Assembly (NCBI GenBank): GCA_016198745.1
Contig: JACQHZ010000387.1
Span: forward strand, 1-53,869
Source of the DNA: Verrucomicrobiota bacterium
Lineage (GTDB): Bacteria; Verrucomicrobiota; Verrucomicrobiia; JABWAM01
Reading direction: 5' to 3'
DNA: 53,869 bases
Both the position numbers and the translations under genes were made by a program. The stretch's first letter is position 1. The number at the start of each line of letters is the position of its first letter. The notes under the pieces are model-generated. The model worked only from the letters and a program-made list of their open reading frames with translations. It had not been told where the DNA came from and ran no database searches. Shown piece by piece: positions 18,258 through 27,687 of the stretch.

Positions 18258-18497
18258 ATGAAAACCCTGAACCTGAAAGAACTCGTCAAAGATGCCCCTG
18301 CGCTTGTCGCGATGATCAAAGAGGGCGAGGAGGTGACCCTGACTGAGAACGGCCGGCGCCTGGCGAAAATCGTTCCATTCGAGCCTTCGCGGAGAATGCC
18401 GCGACCCGCCGGGCTGGCTCAGGGACAGTTCACCGTGCCGAAGGATTTCAACGATCCATTACCGGACCATGTATTGCAAGATTTTGAAGGGACATGA
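18258..18497 (+). CDS. Phd/YefM-family antitoxin
   Basis: GEEVTLTENGRRLAKIVP..RPAGLAQGQFTVPKDFNDPLP; ATGA overlap with toxin. Confidence 0.88.
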   Translation: MKTLNLKELVKDAPALVAMIKEGEEVTLTENGRRLAKIVPFEPSRRMPRPAGLAQGQFTVPKDFNDPLPDHVLQDFEGT

Positions 18498-18880
18498 GAA
18501 TCCTGCTGGATACGTGCGATTTCCTCTGGTTCATCTCAGGCGACAGGTCCCTTCCGCCCTCGACTCAACAGGCGATCCAGGACCCAAATAACGAGATCTT
18601 TCTCAGTGTCGTTTCATTGTGGGAAATCACAATCAAACACGCGCTTGGCCGGTTGCCATTGCCACAGACGCCGGACGCGTATATTCCGGCTCAGCGTGAA
18701 CGGCACGGCATCCAGTCTCTAAGCCTGCAGGAGGCCGTCGTGAAGCGGCTTGTCAAGCTGCCCGCGATCCACCGTGATCCGTTTGATCGCATACTCGTTT
18801 GCCAGGCGCAGGAACACGATTTGCATCTTGCCTCCAGCGATTCGTTGGTTGCGCAGTACCCGGTGACGTTGCTGCCGTGA
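18494..18880 (+). CDS. vapC: VapC PIN-domain toxin
   Basis: MRILLDTCDFLW..SVVSLWEITIK..HRDPFDRILVCQA. Confidence 0.92.
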   Translation: MRILLDTCDFLWFISGDRSLPPSTQQAIQDPNNEIFLSVVSLWEITIKHALGRLPLPQTPDAYIPAQRERHGIQSLSLQEAVVKRLVKLPAIHRDPFDRILVCQAQEHDLHLASSDSLVAQYPVTLLP

Positions 18881-19148
18881 TCCTTGCTCCGAGCATCCGA
18901 GGCCATCCACTAAGAAAACGGGGACTGACGAGTTTGAGGGATTGTCAGAGCCTGGCGCGATAAAAGCGCATCCGGCGAACTCGCAGACGGAATTCAGGCG
19001 CTTCCTGTGCAATCAGGATTTAGTCTTTGAAGCTTGAGCTGGCGGCGAATGTGCGCTAGGTTTCCGTCGTGACTCAAAACCCAATTTGTGATTTTCATCT
19101 CGACATCCTGAACCGCGCGCCGGTATGGGTCGGCACACAGATGAAATC

Positions 19149-19514
19149 ATGATTCAACCTTTGTTGAAGCCGGCGCCGATCCAGGAGGTGGATGAGGCGC
19201 TATTGCAAGAAATCACGACGCGCATTGTGGAACACTGCCGTCCGTTGTGGATCGTGTTATTCGGCAGCCGGGCATGGGGAACGCAGCGGCGCGACAGCGA
19301 CGTGGATTTGTTTGTGGAGATGGAGTCCAAGGAACCGCCACACGAACGGCGAATGAGGATTCGGCGGCTGTTTCAAGGGCGCCGCTGGGGGCTGGATTTG
19401 CTGGTGTATACGCCGGCTGAAACCGCCGCTGAACGTGCGATTCCGGGGACCATGGCGGCAGGCATTGAGCGGGGAGGCAGAGTGCTTTATGAGCGCGAAG
19501 ATTCCAGCGGTTGA
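19149..19514 (+). CDS. Minimal nucleotidyltransferase (MNT) antitoxin
   Basis: IVLFGSRAWG..DSDVDLFV motif; overlaps HEPN start. Confidence 0.88.
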   Translation: MIQPLLKPAPIQEVDEALLQEITTRIVEHCRPLWIVLFGSRAWGTQRRDSDVDLFVEMESKEPPHERRMRIRRLFQGRRWGLDLLVYTPAETAAERAIPGTMAAGIERGGRVLYEREDSSG

Positions 19515-19698
19515 GGCATGGGTGCGCAAGGCCGAGAATGATTTCAAGAACATTCGCGACAGCCTGCGAGGCGGCGATCCCGCTTGGGACACGGTCTGTT
19601 ACCATGCGCAACAAGGCAGCGAGAAGTATCTCAAGGCTTGCCTCATTGTTCAGGGGATTGAGCCCCCGCGCGTTCACGATCTGGAGGAATTACTGATT
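19489..19698 (+). pseudogene. Truncated HEPN-domain gene
   Basis: WVRKAENDF..VCYHAQQGSEKYLKA..HDLEELL then abrupt switch to unrelated sequence; compare the full-length paralogue at 26825-27244. Confidence 0.8.
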
Positions 19699-19988
19699 TG
19701 GCGTCAACCGCGATCACCGAACTCGGTTTTGTGCGGATCCTGGGTCAGGCCCCCCAATATGGACTGCGCGTTGAAGATGCGCAAACCTTGTTGGCGCGGC
19801 TCAAAACCCAAAAAACCATTCATTGGACTTTTCTTGCTGATGACCTCGTTGTGGAACGGCTTCCCCGCTGGGTCAGGTCGGCGAAGCACGTGACCGATGG
19901 CCACTTGGCGGAACTGGCCAAAGTTCATGGAATGATCCTCGCCACACTGGATCGTGGAATACCTGGGGCTTTCGTCCTGCCGGGATAA
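19698..19988 (+). pseudogene. 3' fragment of a VapC PIN toxin
   Basis: ITELGFVRI..VTDGHLAELA..LATLDRGIPGA; the N-terminal LLD motif is missing. Confidence 0.75.
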
Positions 19989-20047
19989 ATCCAGCGATGT
20001 CCTGGAAAGCTACTGCTCCGGAGTGGACTGCTGAGAAAGACACGGCC

Positions 20048-20140
20048 ATGATCCAGTGGATACATCCGTGATCGTTGCCTGGTTGGACCGTTCGCACCCG
20101 CAACATGGACGGTGCACGAAAGCGTTGAAATCATGGGGGA
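20048..20140 (+). pseudogene. 5' fragment of another PIN toxin
   Basis: Frameshifted MI/VDTSVIVAWLDRSHPQH, a PIN-like N-terminus. Confidence 0.55.
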
Positions 20141-20268
20141 TGTGGATTTCATTTTCCCCGGTGGCGATTAGCCTGGTTTTTGATGCGCTTTCCATTCTTC
20201 TTCCAACGCCGCAATCTCAGAAACGGCTTTTCCTTTCTCTGTTTTGGCGGAAAAATCCGGGCTGAACC

Positions 20269-20454
20269 TCAAAGCTTGATTTTGAGTTTTTGGCATGCCT
20301 GCGCCGGAGAATAGCGACGGCCATCATCGTGCGTGCGGCATTGGAGGATGGCAAGGTGGTCTTGCATGTCTTCCAATGCCTGCCGAAGGCGGGAAATCTC
20401 GCTCCAGCGTTTTTTCAGCGCGGCATCCACTTTTTTAAGGGCGGTTTTAGTCAT
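20269..20454 (-). CDS. Putative antitoxin downstream of RelE
   Basis: 61 aa, LEDMQDHLAI..RRYS..KL pattern; overlaps the RelE stop. Confidence 0.65.
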   Translation of the reverse strand: MTKTALKKVDAALKKRWSEISRLRQALEDMQDHLAILQCRTHDDGRRYSPAQACQKLKIKL

Positions 20455-20689
20455 AAATTTCCTTTCGATTTCCAATTGCGCGGATCAGAACCGTGTCGCC
20501 AATCAAATCGAAGAGGATGCGATAATCTCCCATACGCAAGCGGTAATCGCAATCATGATGTGTGAGCCGCTTGATGTCTCCGACCAAGCCAGACTGCAAC
20601 CATTGGATCTTCCGCAAAATCTGGGCGGCTTCCCTTTCCGGCAAACGAGCAAGATCCTGCAGGGCGGCGGTGGTCAATTCGACTTTCAT
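20447..20689 (-). CDS. relE: RelE/ParE-family toxin
   Basis: MKVELTTAALQDLARL..DIKRL..YRLRMGDYRILF..IGNRKEIY. Confidence 0.9.
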   Translation of the reverse strand: MKVELTTAALQDLARLPEREAAQILRKIQWLQSGLVGDIKRLTHHDCDYRLRMGDYRILFDLIGDTVLIRAIGNRKEIYD

Positions 20690-20873
20690 TTTCTTGCGAG
20701 GGTTGCTCTTTCCCCACTGAGGAATAATCCATTTCTCGACATCTCCTATCTGGCGGCAAAACGAAATACGCGCAGGTCGTGAGCGGGGGGCCATGCCGCC
20801 GGAGTAAAAGATGAAATTCCGAAGTCAAGACCCTGCATCCCACAGCGACAAGTCTGTTGGGTTCAGCGTGAAG

Positions 20874-22685
20874 TCAGAATCCGTAAACGGCCTGGAGATA
20901 AAGGGACCCGATCCCGCCTTCGGCCTTCAAACTTCTGCCGGCGTTTTCATAGCTGCCGAAGTTCACGTCGAACCCCAGGCGCGTTCCCCAGTTTTCGCTG
21001 AAATCATAGCCGGTAAAAACCTGCCCGTGCACATAATTCCACTGGTCCAGCCCAAAGGCCGCCCCATGGACGCCCAAATACCAGCTCCGCGACACGAAGC
21101 TTTTGATTTCCGCGCCAAGGAGCGGCGTGGCATAGAGGATTTCCTGGGTGCCTTTGCCGCTGAGCGTGAAACGGTTGTTGGCATCGGCAACGAAAAGTTC
21201 TTCGTCCAGAAAAGCCCACTTGGCGCCGAAAAAAGGCGTCACGATCCACGTCTTGTCTTTATAGACATCGTAGCCCAAAGTCACTGCAACCGTGTTTAGA
21301 TCGGCTGTGCCGTCCACAACAGAACCAGCAGGCAATGATGTGCCCTCGCCTCCTTTAAAAATCGCCTTGGTGGTGTGTCCGCGTTGATCATACCGGTCAT
21401 AGGTATGCTGAAAACCGATATGAAATTTTGGAAACGCCTGCCAATCAATATCTAATTGGCTGCCAGAAACAAAATTCTGGTTGAGGCTCAGGTCGTCGCC
21501 AAAATCAAAATCAGTTCCCGTCTGGCCGAGGCGCGCCGAGCCAAACACCTGGCCGAACCGCGGTCCCGCGCGCATTTCCAAGGTGCGGTTTACGGGTTCA
21601 TTCAGACCGATGTTTCCTTCGGAGGATCTTAATTTTATTGATTTGGGATTTCGGTTGCTCACAGCGGCCGGCCCAAAGTCAAATTTGTAAAAACCGCGAA
21701 CTTCGCCGCCAACATTGGCCACCTTGTAATCGAACCCGCGGTTTATGGAATTGTCGTAGGCCGTCGATCCAAATACGGCGATCTGGAGCCACGAAAGTGG
21801 TTGCCAAACCGTTTCCAAGGAGACGCTGGCAAGATGCTCTTGGCGTCCTTGGAATGAAGTGTTGCCGGAAGTTGGGGGACGGAAATCATAGATCTGCCAG
21901 TTGCCGCTTAAAACCGCCTGGGAACTCAGGGTGGGAAGCCACTCGTAGCCAACCCCCGTGAAGATCGTATGTTCGATGCGTTCGAAAACCAAAGGATTCG
22001 TGTATTTTTTGTCAAACTCATATCCGTAAAACCACGCCAGCTTGTTGTCGAGATAATGCTGCACGTTGACCAGGCTCAAATAAGGGTTGCACTCGCGATA
22101 AACCTCTATCTCTTGGTGGGGTGAAGTGATCCACAAGCCGCGAATGCCGGCGCTGATCCGCAGATCCTGAGCGAACGGCAGTTTGTAACTCGTGCCAAAG
22201 GAGGTGTTGTTTGCGTCGCTGTCAAGAAATGGGTTTTCGTCGTAGCGCGTCATGCTGAAATTGTAGTCCGCGAAAATGAGCCACTCTGGCGAAAAGCGAT
22301 AGGAAGCGTCCACCCCCTCCGTTTCCATCCACACGCTGTCACCCTTTTCACCGGGACCGCTGCTCAGAAGCGCATTGCTCGTCCAAAACCCGCGCGCGCG
22401 GACATAGGGGGTGATGGCCCCCCGCTTGTTCGGTTTCAGCGTGAGAAGTTCGCCAAATTCTTCGTCTTCGGCGCCAGCTTCGGCGACCGTTGGAGTTTCG
22501 CGGAAAGAGGGCGCCGTTTCCTTCTGGAGTTCCTGGCTCCGGCGGATCGTATCCTCCCTGTTCTGCTGAGCAAATATCGGCCATGCCATGAGTCCCACCA
22601 CCAAGAAGGGCAGGAGGCGGACCCAACTGACAAAGCGATGCTTCTTGGTGGTCATTGCGGAAAGAAATAAAATTGAGAGGTTCAT
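20874..22685 (-). CDS. Outer-membrane beta-barrel protein, apparently two barrels in tandem
   Basis: Signal peptide; alternating amphipathic strands; internal ..VRGFYKF and terminal ..LQAVYGF beta-signal-like ends. Confidence 0.7.
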   Translation of the reverse strand: MNLSILFLSAMTTKKHRFVSWVRLLPFLVVGLMAWPIFAQQNREDTIRRSQELQKETAPSFRETPTVAEAGAEDEEFGELLTLKPNKRGAITPYVRARGFWTSNALLSSGPGEKGDSVWMETEGVDASYRFSPEWLIFADYNFSMTRYDENPFLDSDANNTSFGTSYKLPFAQDLRISAGIRGLWITSPHQEIEVYRECNPYLSLVNVQHYLDNKLAWFYGYEFDKKYTNPLVFERIEHTIFTGVGYEWLPTLSSQAVLSGNWQIYDFRPPTSGNTSFQGRQEHLASVSLETVWQPLSWLQIAVFGSTAYDNSINRGFDYKVANVGGEVRGFYKFDFGPAAVSNRNPKSIKLRSSEGNIGLNEPVNRTLEMRAGPRFGQVFGSARLGQTGTDFDFGDDLSLNQNFVSGSQLDIDWQAFPKFHIGFQHTYDRYDQRGHTTKAIFKGGEGTSLPAGSVVDGTADLNTVAVTLGYDVYKDKTWIVTPFFGAKWAFLDEELFVADANNRFTLSGKGTQEILYATPLLGAEIKSFVSRSWYLGVHGAAFGLDQWNYVHGQVFTGYDFSENWGTRLGFDVNFGSYENAGRSLKAEGGIGSLYLQAVYGF

Positions 22686-22687
22686 TT

Positions 22688-23881
22688 CTAGTTTGTGCGA
22701 AAGGTTCCCCTTCTGCCGTCCTGCGCTGTATAACTCCCACTCACTCGCGATCCTGAAAGACTGAATGATCCATTGACAGACCCAAGCCCGGCGGGGTCGG
22801 TTGAGGAACCGCTTCCAGAGAAGGTCCCGCTTCCGATGTTAATTTGCCCGATGGCGTTGGCCGTGGCGCCACTGCTTGTGGTCGCCATGAGCGAAACCTG
22901 TCCGCTGCTGCCGACCGACCCGGTAAGAATGGCCGTGCCGAATCGGTTGCTGCCGGCGCCTATAATCGTGCCATCGGAAAGGATCGCGATGGCTCCAGTT
23001 CCGGCATTGATGTTTCCCGTTCGGCCGGTGGCGGTTGAAAATGTAATAATTGTCCCGGCGAGACGGCTTCCGCTCAGTGATTGCACCGTCACCTGCGTGG
23101 TCGTCTCGCTGCGCGGCACCAACTGGCCATTCTGAAATCCACCGTGGGAAATCTGGTCCCGTTGAAGCTCGCGCGTATTGTTGATCCCGTTCTTTGCGTT
23201 TTCCGGAAAATCGGTTGGAAAACCGCCCCCCTTCTTACGAGCATTGTTGAGCATTTCCTGATCGACCTTATGAGCACCGATATCTGTGTCGTTGTAGTGC
23301 GAAAGATCACCCTGGAACCGGGCTATGGCCTGCTTCACCGCATCCGCTTGTGCATAAAGCTCATTGGTTGCCATGTGGGCAAATTCCTCGCCCTTCATAA
23401 CCAGGAATACCCCACCTACGATCAAGCCGGCCACCGGCACTCCGGCACCTGTAACAGCTATGATGGCTGGTCCAGCAATAACCACCTTGCCAGCCACCAG
23501 CGTTCCCTCAACCATGGTTGCTATTGCTCCATCAATAATCATCTCCGCGCCAACCGTCGAAATAAGGCGCCCCAAGCCAAGCTCCGTCCCGGTTCTCAGG
23601 CGATCATTGGATTGGTAGAGCTTCACAGTGTCAATCACATTTCCCACTCCCTCGCAGATATGACCGAGATTTGTCCCTGTTGGGGCGTTTTTTTTGGTGA
23701 TTGCTTCCATAATCCCGCCCCACTCCGATGCGCCGCCTATAGCGCCAATAATTTTAATTGCCGTTTCTGATTCACCGCCCTCCATCTGTCCTCCATCAAC
23801 CTGCTGTGCCCGCAACGAGGTGTGAAATCCGATAAGCAGGCATGTGACAGCAACCAGTGTTCTGCGTGAAGAATGTTTCAT
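22688..23881 (-). CDS. Secreted hypothetical protein with Gly-rich hydrophobic segment and G/S/T-rich beta C-terminus
   Basis: Signal peptide (SLRA-QQ); 397-aa ORF packed in operon. Confidence 0.7.
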   Translation of the reverse strand: MKHSSRRTLVAVTCLLIGFHTSLRAQQVDGGQMEGGESETAIKIIGAIGGASEWGGIMEAITKKNAPTGTNLGHICEGVGNVIDTVKLYQSNDRLRTGTELGLGRLISTVGAEMIIDGAIATMVEGTLVAGKVVIAGPAIIAVTGAGVPVAGLIVGGVFLVMKGEEFAHMATNELYAQADAVKQAIARFQGDLSHYNDTDIGAHKVDQEMLNNARKKGGGFPTDFPENAKNGINNTRELQRDQISHGGFQNGQLVPRSETTTQVTVQSLSGSRLAGTIITFSTATGRTGNINAGTGAIAILSDGTIIGAGSNRFGTAILTGSVGSSGQVSLMATTSSGATANAIGQINIGSGTFSGSGSSTDPAGLGSVNGSFSLSGSRVSGSYTAQDGRRGTFRTN

Positions 23882-23930
23882 TGTTTTTCCCTTGTTTTTC
23901 TCGTACAGTTCAGTGATCGAGTCATTAGTT

Positions 23931-25505
23931 CTATCTACCGGTTAAATTGAGGCACACAAATTTCCTGATATTTCTGTTCGCTTTTTCAAAGCAAATTGTC
24001 GCGAAATATGTTGGAATACTTTCGACCTGCAAAAAAATGGAGATATGCGTGCCGTTTTGGAGGACATAAACAGGCTGAAAATTTTTGCGCATGATCGCCG
24101 GGATCGAAAAAATCTGCTTGACCGACATCGGGTTATCCTGGGGGATGGCCGCAGCGAGCTTATCGGATTGGCTGCCAGCGATGACGTTGAGGAAGCCCTT
24201 GAGCGGCTCTCTCCAGGAATCCTTTCCTTTTTTATCTATCGCGCCAGTCAGGTTGACGATTGCGCCGGCGAGTCTTTGTTCGATGATGCGCATTTCCGAT
24301 TCCTCATCGAGCTTCAGGACGGCGGGATTGGCCGCGCTGGAAAACGGATTCTTTGCGCCAAAGGCTTCAATAAACTTTTTGGAATTGTCCACCAGAGAGA
24401 GTTCGGGCATTTCTTCTTCAAGCCAATGCGGCCTGAGTTCGGGGACACTCCCCCTTTTGAGAAGAGATGAACCCGTAATCACTCGACAATTGATCGTCTT
24501 ATTCGTTTTCCGTTCCCAATCTTGAACAACCGCTGCATCAAGATAAGGATTGTAAAATGCAGTGCGTGAGATTTCGGCGTTAATGTGCGACACCAGCAGG
24601 GTTGAACCGCCAAAAAAATATTGCCATACTTCCGGGGCCTTCTTGAAGAGATCCCGCTCAGTTATCACATTGAAGGTGTCACGGCCGGAAGCGTATTGCC
24701 TGAAAGCCCCTTTGATATCCGAACAAGCAACTTTTCTAAATGAAGCGGCAGAACCGAAAAACTGCATGTTCTTCTCCGAAACCATCTCGTCAGACGATTC
24801 CTTCTTTTCGGGATTCTTGAGCTTTTCCTTTTCCGGTTTGCTGCCCGACTCAGGAACACTGGCGTGGCTGCCGGTATTTACCCCGCGTAACAACATGGAA
24901 GATCTGACAAACGCTTCGATGTCGATGTACACGGGTTCTGGAAGAGTCGCCGCGCTCGTGGCGACGCTTAGCATCTGACCGGCTTGTAATTGGCGCATCT
25001 CTTTTGTCCGCACATGACTGACGGTGATTTCCCCGCCATCATCGTGCGAAAGAGCAACAATCTGTGTTTTCTCGCGAGCAACGCGGATCGTCACTACGTC
25101 TCCCCCATGGATGACGCATATGCCAGACGGGGTCACGATCCTTGTTCCATCAGTTCCGGGCGGCACATAAATCAAAGCAATTCCACTGTCTAGTTTCATC
25201 TCGCGCGATTGCGGATCGAAATTGAATAAAGTGTTGGAACCAAGCCGCGTGATGGACTTGTCTAAAAACTCAATTTCGGCCCGCGATTTTTTCCCGGTCT
25301 GAATTACATCCGAGCCGGAAACCGCATCATTCACCGTCGCCTCCCGTTTTTCGCCGGTGCTTTTCGCCAAAATCACCTCGTTATGCGCATCCGTAACCCG
25401 GGCCGACTTCAATGGCGCCGCTTCCGTTGGGAGAGTGATGAGAATGGTTAAACTCAGCCAGGCGGCTGTTTGCAGTATAATGGAGCTTGTATTTGGTCGC
25501 ATCAT
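23931..25505 (-). CDS. FecR-domain secreted protein with unrelated C-terminal domain
   Basis: AGGAG RBS; signal peptide; DVIQTGKKSRAEIEFLDKSITRLGSNT FecR motif. Confidence 0.78.
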   Translation of the reverse strand: MMRPNTSSIILQTAAWLSLTILITLPTEAAPLKSARVTDAHNEVILAKSTGEKREATVNDAVSGSDVIQTGKKSRAEIEFLDKSITRLGSNTLFNFDPQSREMKLDSGIALIYVPPGTDGTRIVTPSGICVIHGGDVVTIRVAREKTQIVALSHDDGGEITVSHVRTKEMRQLQAGQMLSVATSAATLPEPVYIDIEAFVRSSMLLRGVNTGSHASVPESGSKPEKEKLKNPEKKESSDEMVSEKNMQFFGSAASFRKVACSDIKGAFRQYASGRDTFNVITERDLFKKAPEVWQYFFGGSTLLVSHINAEISRTAFYNPYLDAAVVQDWERKTNKTINCRVITGSSLLKRGSVPELRPHWLEEEMPELSLVDNSKKFIEAFGAKNPFSSAANPAVLKLDEESEMRIIEQRLAGAIVNLTGAIDKKGKDSWREPLKGFLNVIAGSQSDKLAAAIPQDNPMSVKQIFSIPAIMRKNFQPVYVLQNGTHISIFLQVESIPTYFATICFEKANRNIRKFVCLNLTGR

Positions 25506-25587
25506 AGGGGGGTCTCCTGATTTGGTTGGCGCTCTAAGGCGACAGTGGCGAAACACAATGCCGCGAAAATCTTGCTGACTCCATTGG

Positions 25588-26532
25588 TTACGATTGTCCG
25601 AATTTCGCGTTTGCTTGTCGGATTTTCACCCGGTATTGAGTGGGGCTTAATCCCGTATGTTTCCGGAAACAGTGGTTGAAGTGGGCGATGGTCTGGAAGC
25701 CTGCGGCATAAGCAACCTTCTTGATCTGGCTGGAAAAATCCCGAAGCTGCGACTTGGCTTTCTCAATGCGCACGAGAGACAGGAAGTTCTTGAAAGTCAT
25801 TCCCGTTGCCGTTCGAAACATTTTGCAGAAATGCTGGGGGCTGCAGTGGACATGATGGGCGACATCGGCCAGCCTCAATGAGCCGCGCTCCTGCGCTTGG
25901 AGGTTGCACGCATGCGCCTGAATGAACTCCTTGGCGCGCATGACCTGCTGAGGTTCTCCGTCTTGGTTGGCAAGCATCCAGGCGGGCAGGCAATCGCTTA
26001 AAAGTTTAACGAATGAGACGGCCATGCGCACGTTGGCTTCAAACTGATCCGGCGGCACCACTGGCATATTGAACCAAGCTTTGTGAAGGCGGGGCAAATC
26101 AGCTTTCAACCCCATTCGAGCCAGGTTTCTGGAAACGCGGTCGAAATCGGCTTGATTCGGCCTCCGGAGGAAAACATCGCCCGCGAGAAGAGTCGCCACC
26201 TGCTTGCCGCCGATCGCGATTGGGATGACCGCATGGGTGAAGCCCGCGAGGCATTGCGCGCGCCGATGGCGGCTTTCTTGCAAGGCGCGCCGCTGAAGTT
26301 CCAACCGGGTCTTGATGTAAAGATTGCGGCCTTCGGCAGTTTGACACAACAGCGTCCAAAACGGTGACCGGGCAACCCGTCCCACCATCTCGTTGCTTGC
26401 CACATCAACGGGAAGCAGCCTCAACGAAATGCCGGTCGCTTTGCAAAATGCAGCCATCCACTCGCGGCTGACCCGCGATTTCGCCAAGGCAAGGTATGGT
26501 GATTGCGGTTGACGAACTTTGTCTTCGGACAT
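25588..26532 (-). CDS. AraC-family regulator with PocR ligand-binding domain
   Basis: AFCKATGISLRL..CLAGFTHAVIPI; C-terminal HFCKMFRTATG..AYAAGFQTIAHFNHCFRKHTGLSPTQYR. Confidence 0.9.
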   Translation of the reverse strand: MSEDKVRQPQSPYLALAKSRVSREWMAAFCKATGISLRLLPVDVASNEMVGRVARSPFWTLLCQTAEGRNLYIKTRLELQRRALQESRHRRAQCLAGFTHAVIPIAIGGKQVATLLAGDVFLRRPNQADFDRVSRNLARMGLKADLPRLHKAWFNMPVVPPDQFEANVRMAVSFVKLLSDCLPAWMLANQDGEPQQVMRAKEFIQAHACNLQAQERGSLRLADVAHHVHCSPQHFCKMFRTATGMTFKNFLSLVRIEKAKSQLRDFSSQIKKVAYAAGFQTIAHFNHCFRKHTGLSPTQYRVKIRQANAKFGQS

Positions 26533-26824
26533 GGGCGTGATCGGGCGAGCGATTCAGCCCTGTCTGTGGGATGGCTCTCTCGAAGGTTGCCAGTGCCTGC
26601 AAAAAAAGTGGGACGCACCTACTTGCGTCCCATCACAGGCACGTGGATGCCCTTGGAAAGACACTTTCGATGCGCCCCAGTCGGGGCGCATTTCCAGTAC
26701 CGTTTCCCAATGCGAAATTTCCACGTTTCGTGACGGACAGTAGCCGAAGCTACGCGAGATGATTTATGGGTTTCTTATTCCTTAATGTTTTCCTCCGGTT
26801 TTTCAAATCTATGAAACGCCGTCT

Positions 26825-27244
26825 TTATTTTCCCTTTCGTGCAACTTTCTCGGACAATATGGCGCGAATTTCTCCGCGAATCCGCCGGGCGGTCCGCACT
26901 GCCCATCTGGCTTCGGCCAGTGGGATTTCGCTCCATCCTGGATAACGCGCGTGGGTGGCATAGTCGGTGAGCTTCCCTTGTTCTTCGACCGTGTGAGACA
27001 GCCGAACAGGCACAGGCAACAGGGAAACCAACCTTTCCAAATCGTGGGTCTTGGGAAAGTCAACGCCTTTGAACACAAGAAGAGCTTTCACATATTTCTC
27101 CACGCATTGCTGGGCGTGAAAACAGACGGTATCGGTTGGACAATCTTTCCCTAATTTGAGGGTGTGGATTGCGTTCTTGAGATCGTTTTCAGCCTTGCAG
27201 ATCCATTCGTGAACCACGGTCAGGGATTGGTCAAGAGCGGGCAT
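26825..27244 (-). CDS. HEPN-domain protein
   Basis: EWICKAENDL..VCFHAQQCVEKYVKALL..KTHDL..YATHARYPG. Confidence 0.9.
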   Translation of the reverse strand: MPALDQSLTVVHEWICKAENDLKNAIHTLKLGKDCPTDTVCFHAQQCVEKYVKALLVFKGVDFPKTHDLERLVSLLPVPVRLSHTVEEQGKLTDYATHARYPGWSEIPLAEARWAVRTARRIRGEIRAILSEKVARKGK

Positions 27245-27563
27245 ATAACACCTCTCCTTCCAACATGGCAGGCCGTTCAATGGTGCCGGGAATTTCCTTC
27301 CGCCACTCAAACTCTTCGGGGGTTGTGACAATGATATCCTTGGGGATCCGGAAGGAATGAAGCAGAGAACGAATTTCCAACTGTTTTTTGCGTTTCAACC
27401 CCGAAACCGGCATGACAACCAGAAGGTCCACATCACTATTGCGGCCGGCATTCCCGCGCGCATGGGAGCCAAATAGAATGACTTTCACGGGGCGAAATCG
27501 TCTCACGATCCGTCGTGTCATTTCCCGGATTTGCCTTCTGCACGATTTTTTCTCGGTCAACAT
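27231..27563 (-). CDS. Minimal nucleotidyltransferase (MNT)
   Basis: VILFGSHARG..SDVDLLVVM; overlaps HEPN start. Confidence 0.9.
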   Translation of the reverse strand: MLTEKKSCRRQIREMTRRIVRRFRPVKVILFGSHARGNAGRNSDVDLLVVMPVSGLKRKKQLEIRSLLHSFRIPKDIIVTTPEEFEWRKEIPGTIERPAMLEGEVLYARS

Positions 27564-27600
27564 ATTTTGCCAGTATAAGGCAGTCAGGCGGCGAGGGCAA

Positions 27601-27687
27601 GCGCGGGATGGGTCGCATGGAATGGGTTGTGGCGCTGTTTCCGGAGGCAAAAGTGAAGCTTACCGTTGGGCGGCAGGGACCGCAAAC
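27601..27687. repeat. Direct repeat of 16893-16981, containing an abortive MRPIPRL start
   Basis: 3' end of the 27660 gene, intergenic spacer and first 6-7 codons of the GH42-like gene. Confidence 0.9.

Noticed and set aside
18890-19030. Possible C-terminal remnant of an ATPase gene (..ELADGIQALPV)
   Set aside because: Too short to support without a search.
12817-20700. Integron cassette array (TAAC..GTTA ends plus many TA genes)
   Set aside because: No IntI; the TA genes have mixed orientations with no recurring attC-like site between them; the TAAC/GTTA ends fit MITE-like termini better.
26540-26720. Hairpins upstream of the PocR-AraC gene as a riboswitch or ncRNA
   Set aside because: Two simple stems with no conserved riboswitch motif that I can recognise; more likely REP-like or regulatory palindromes.
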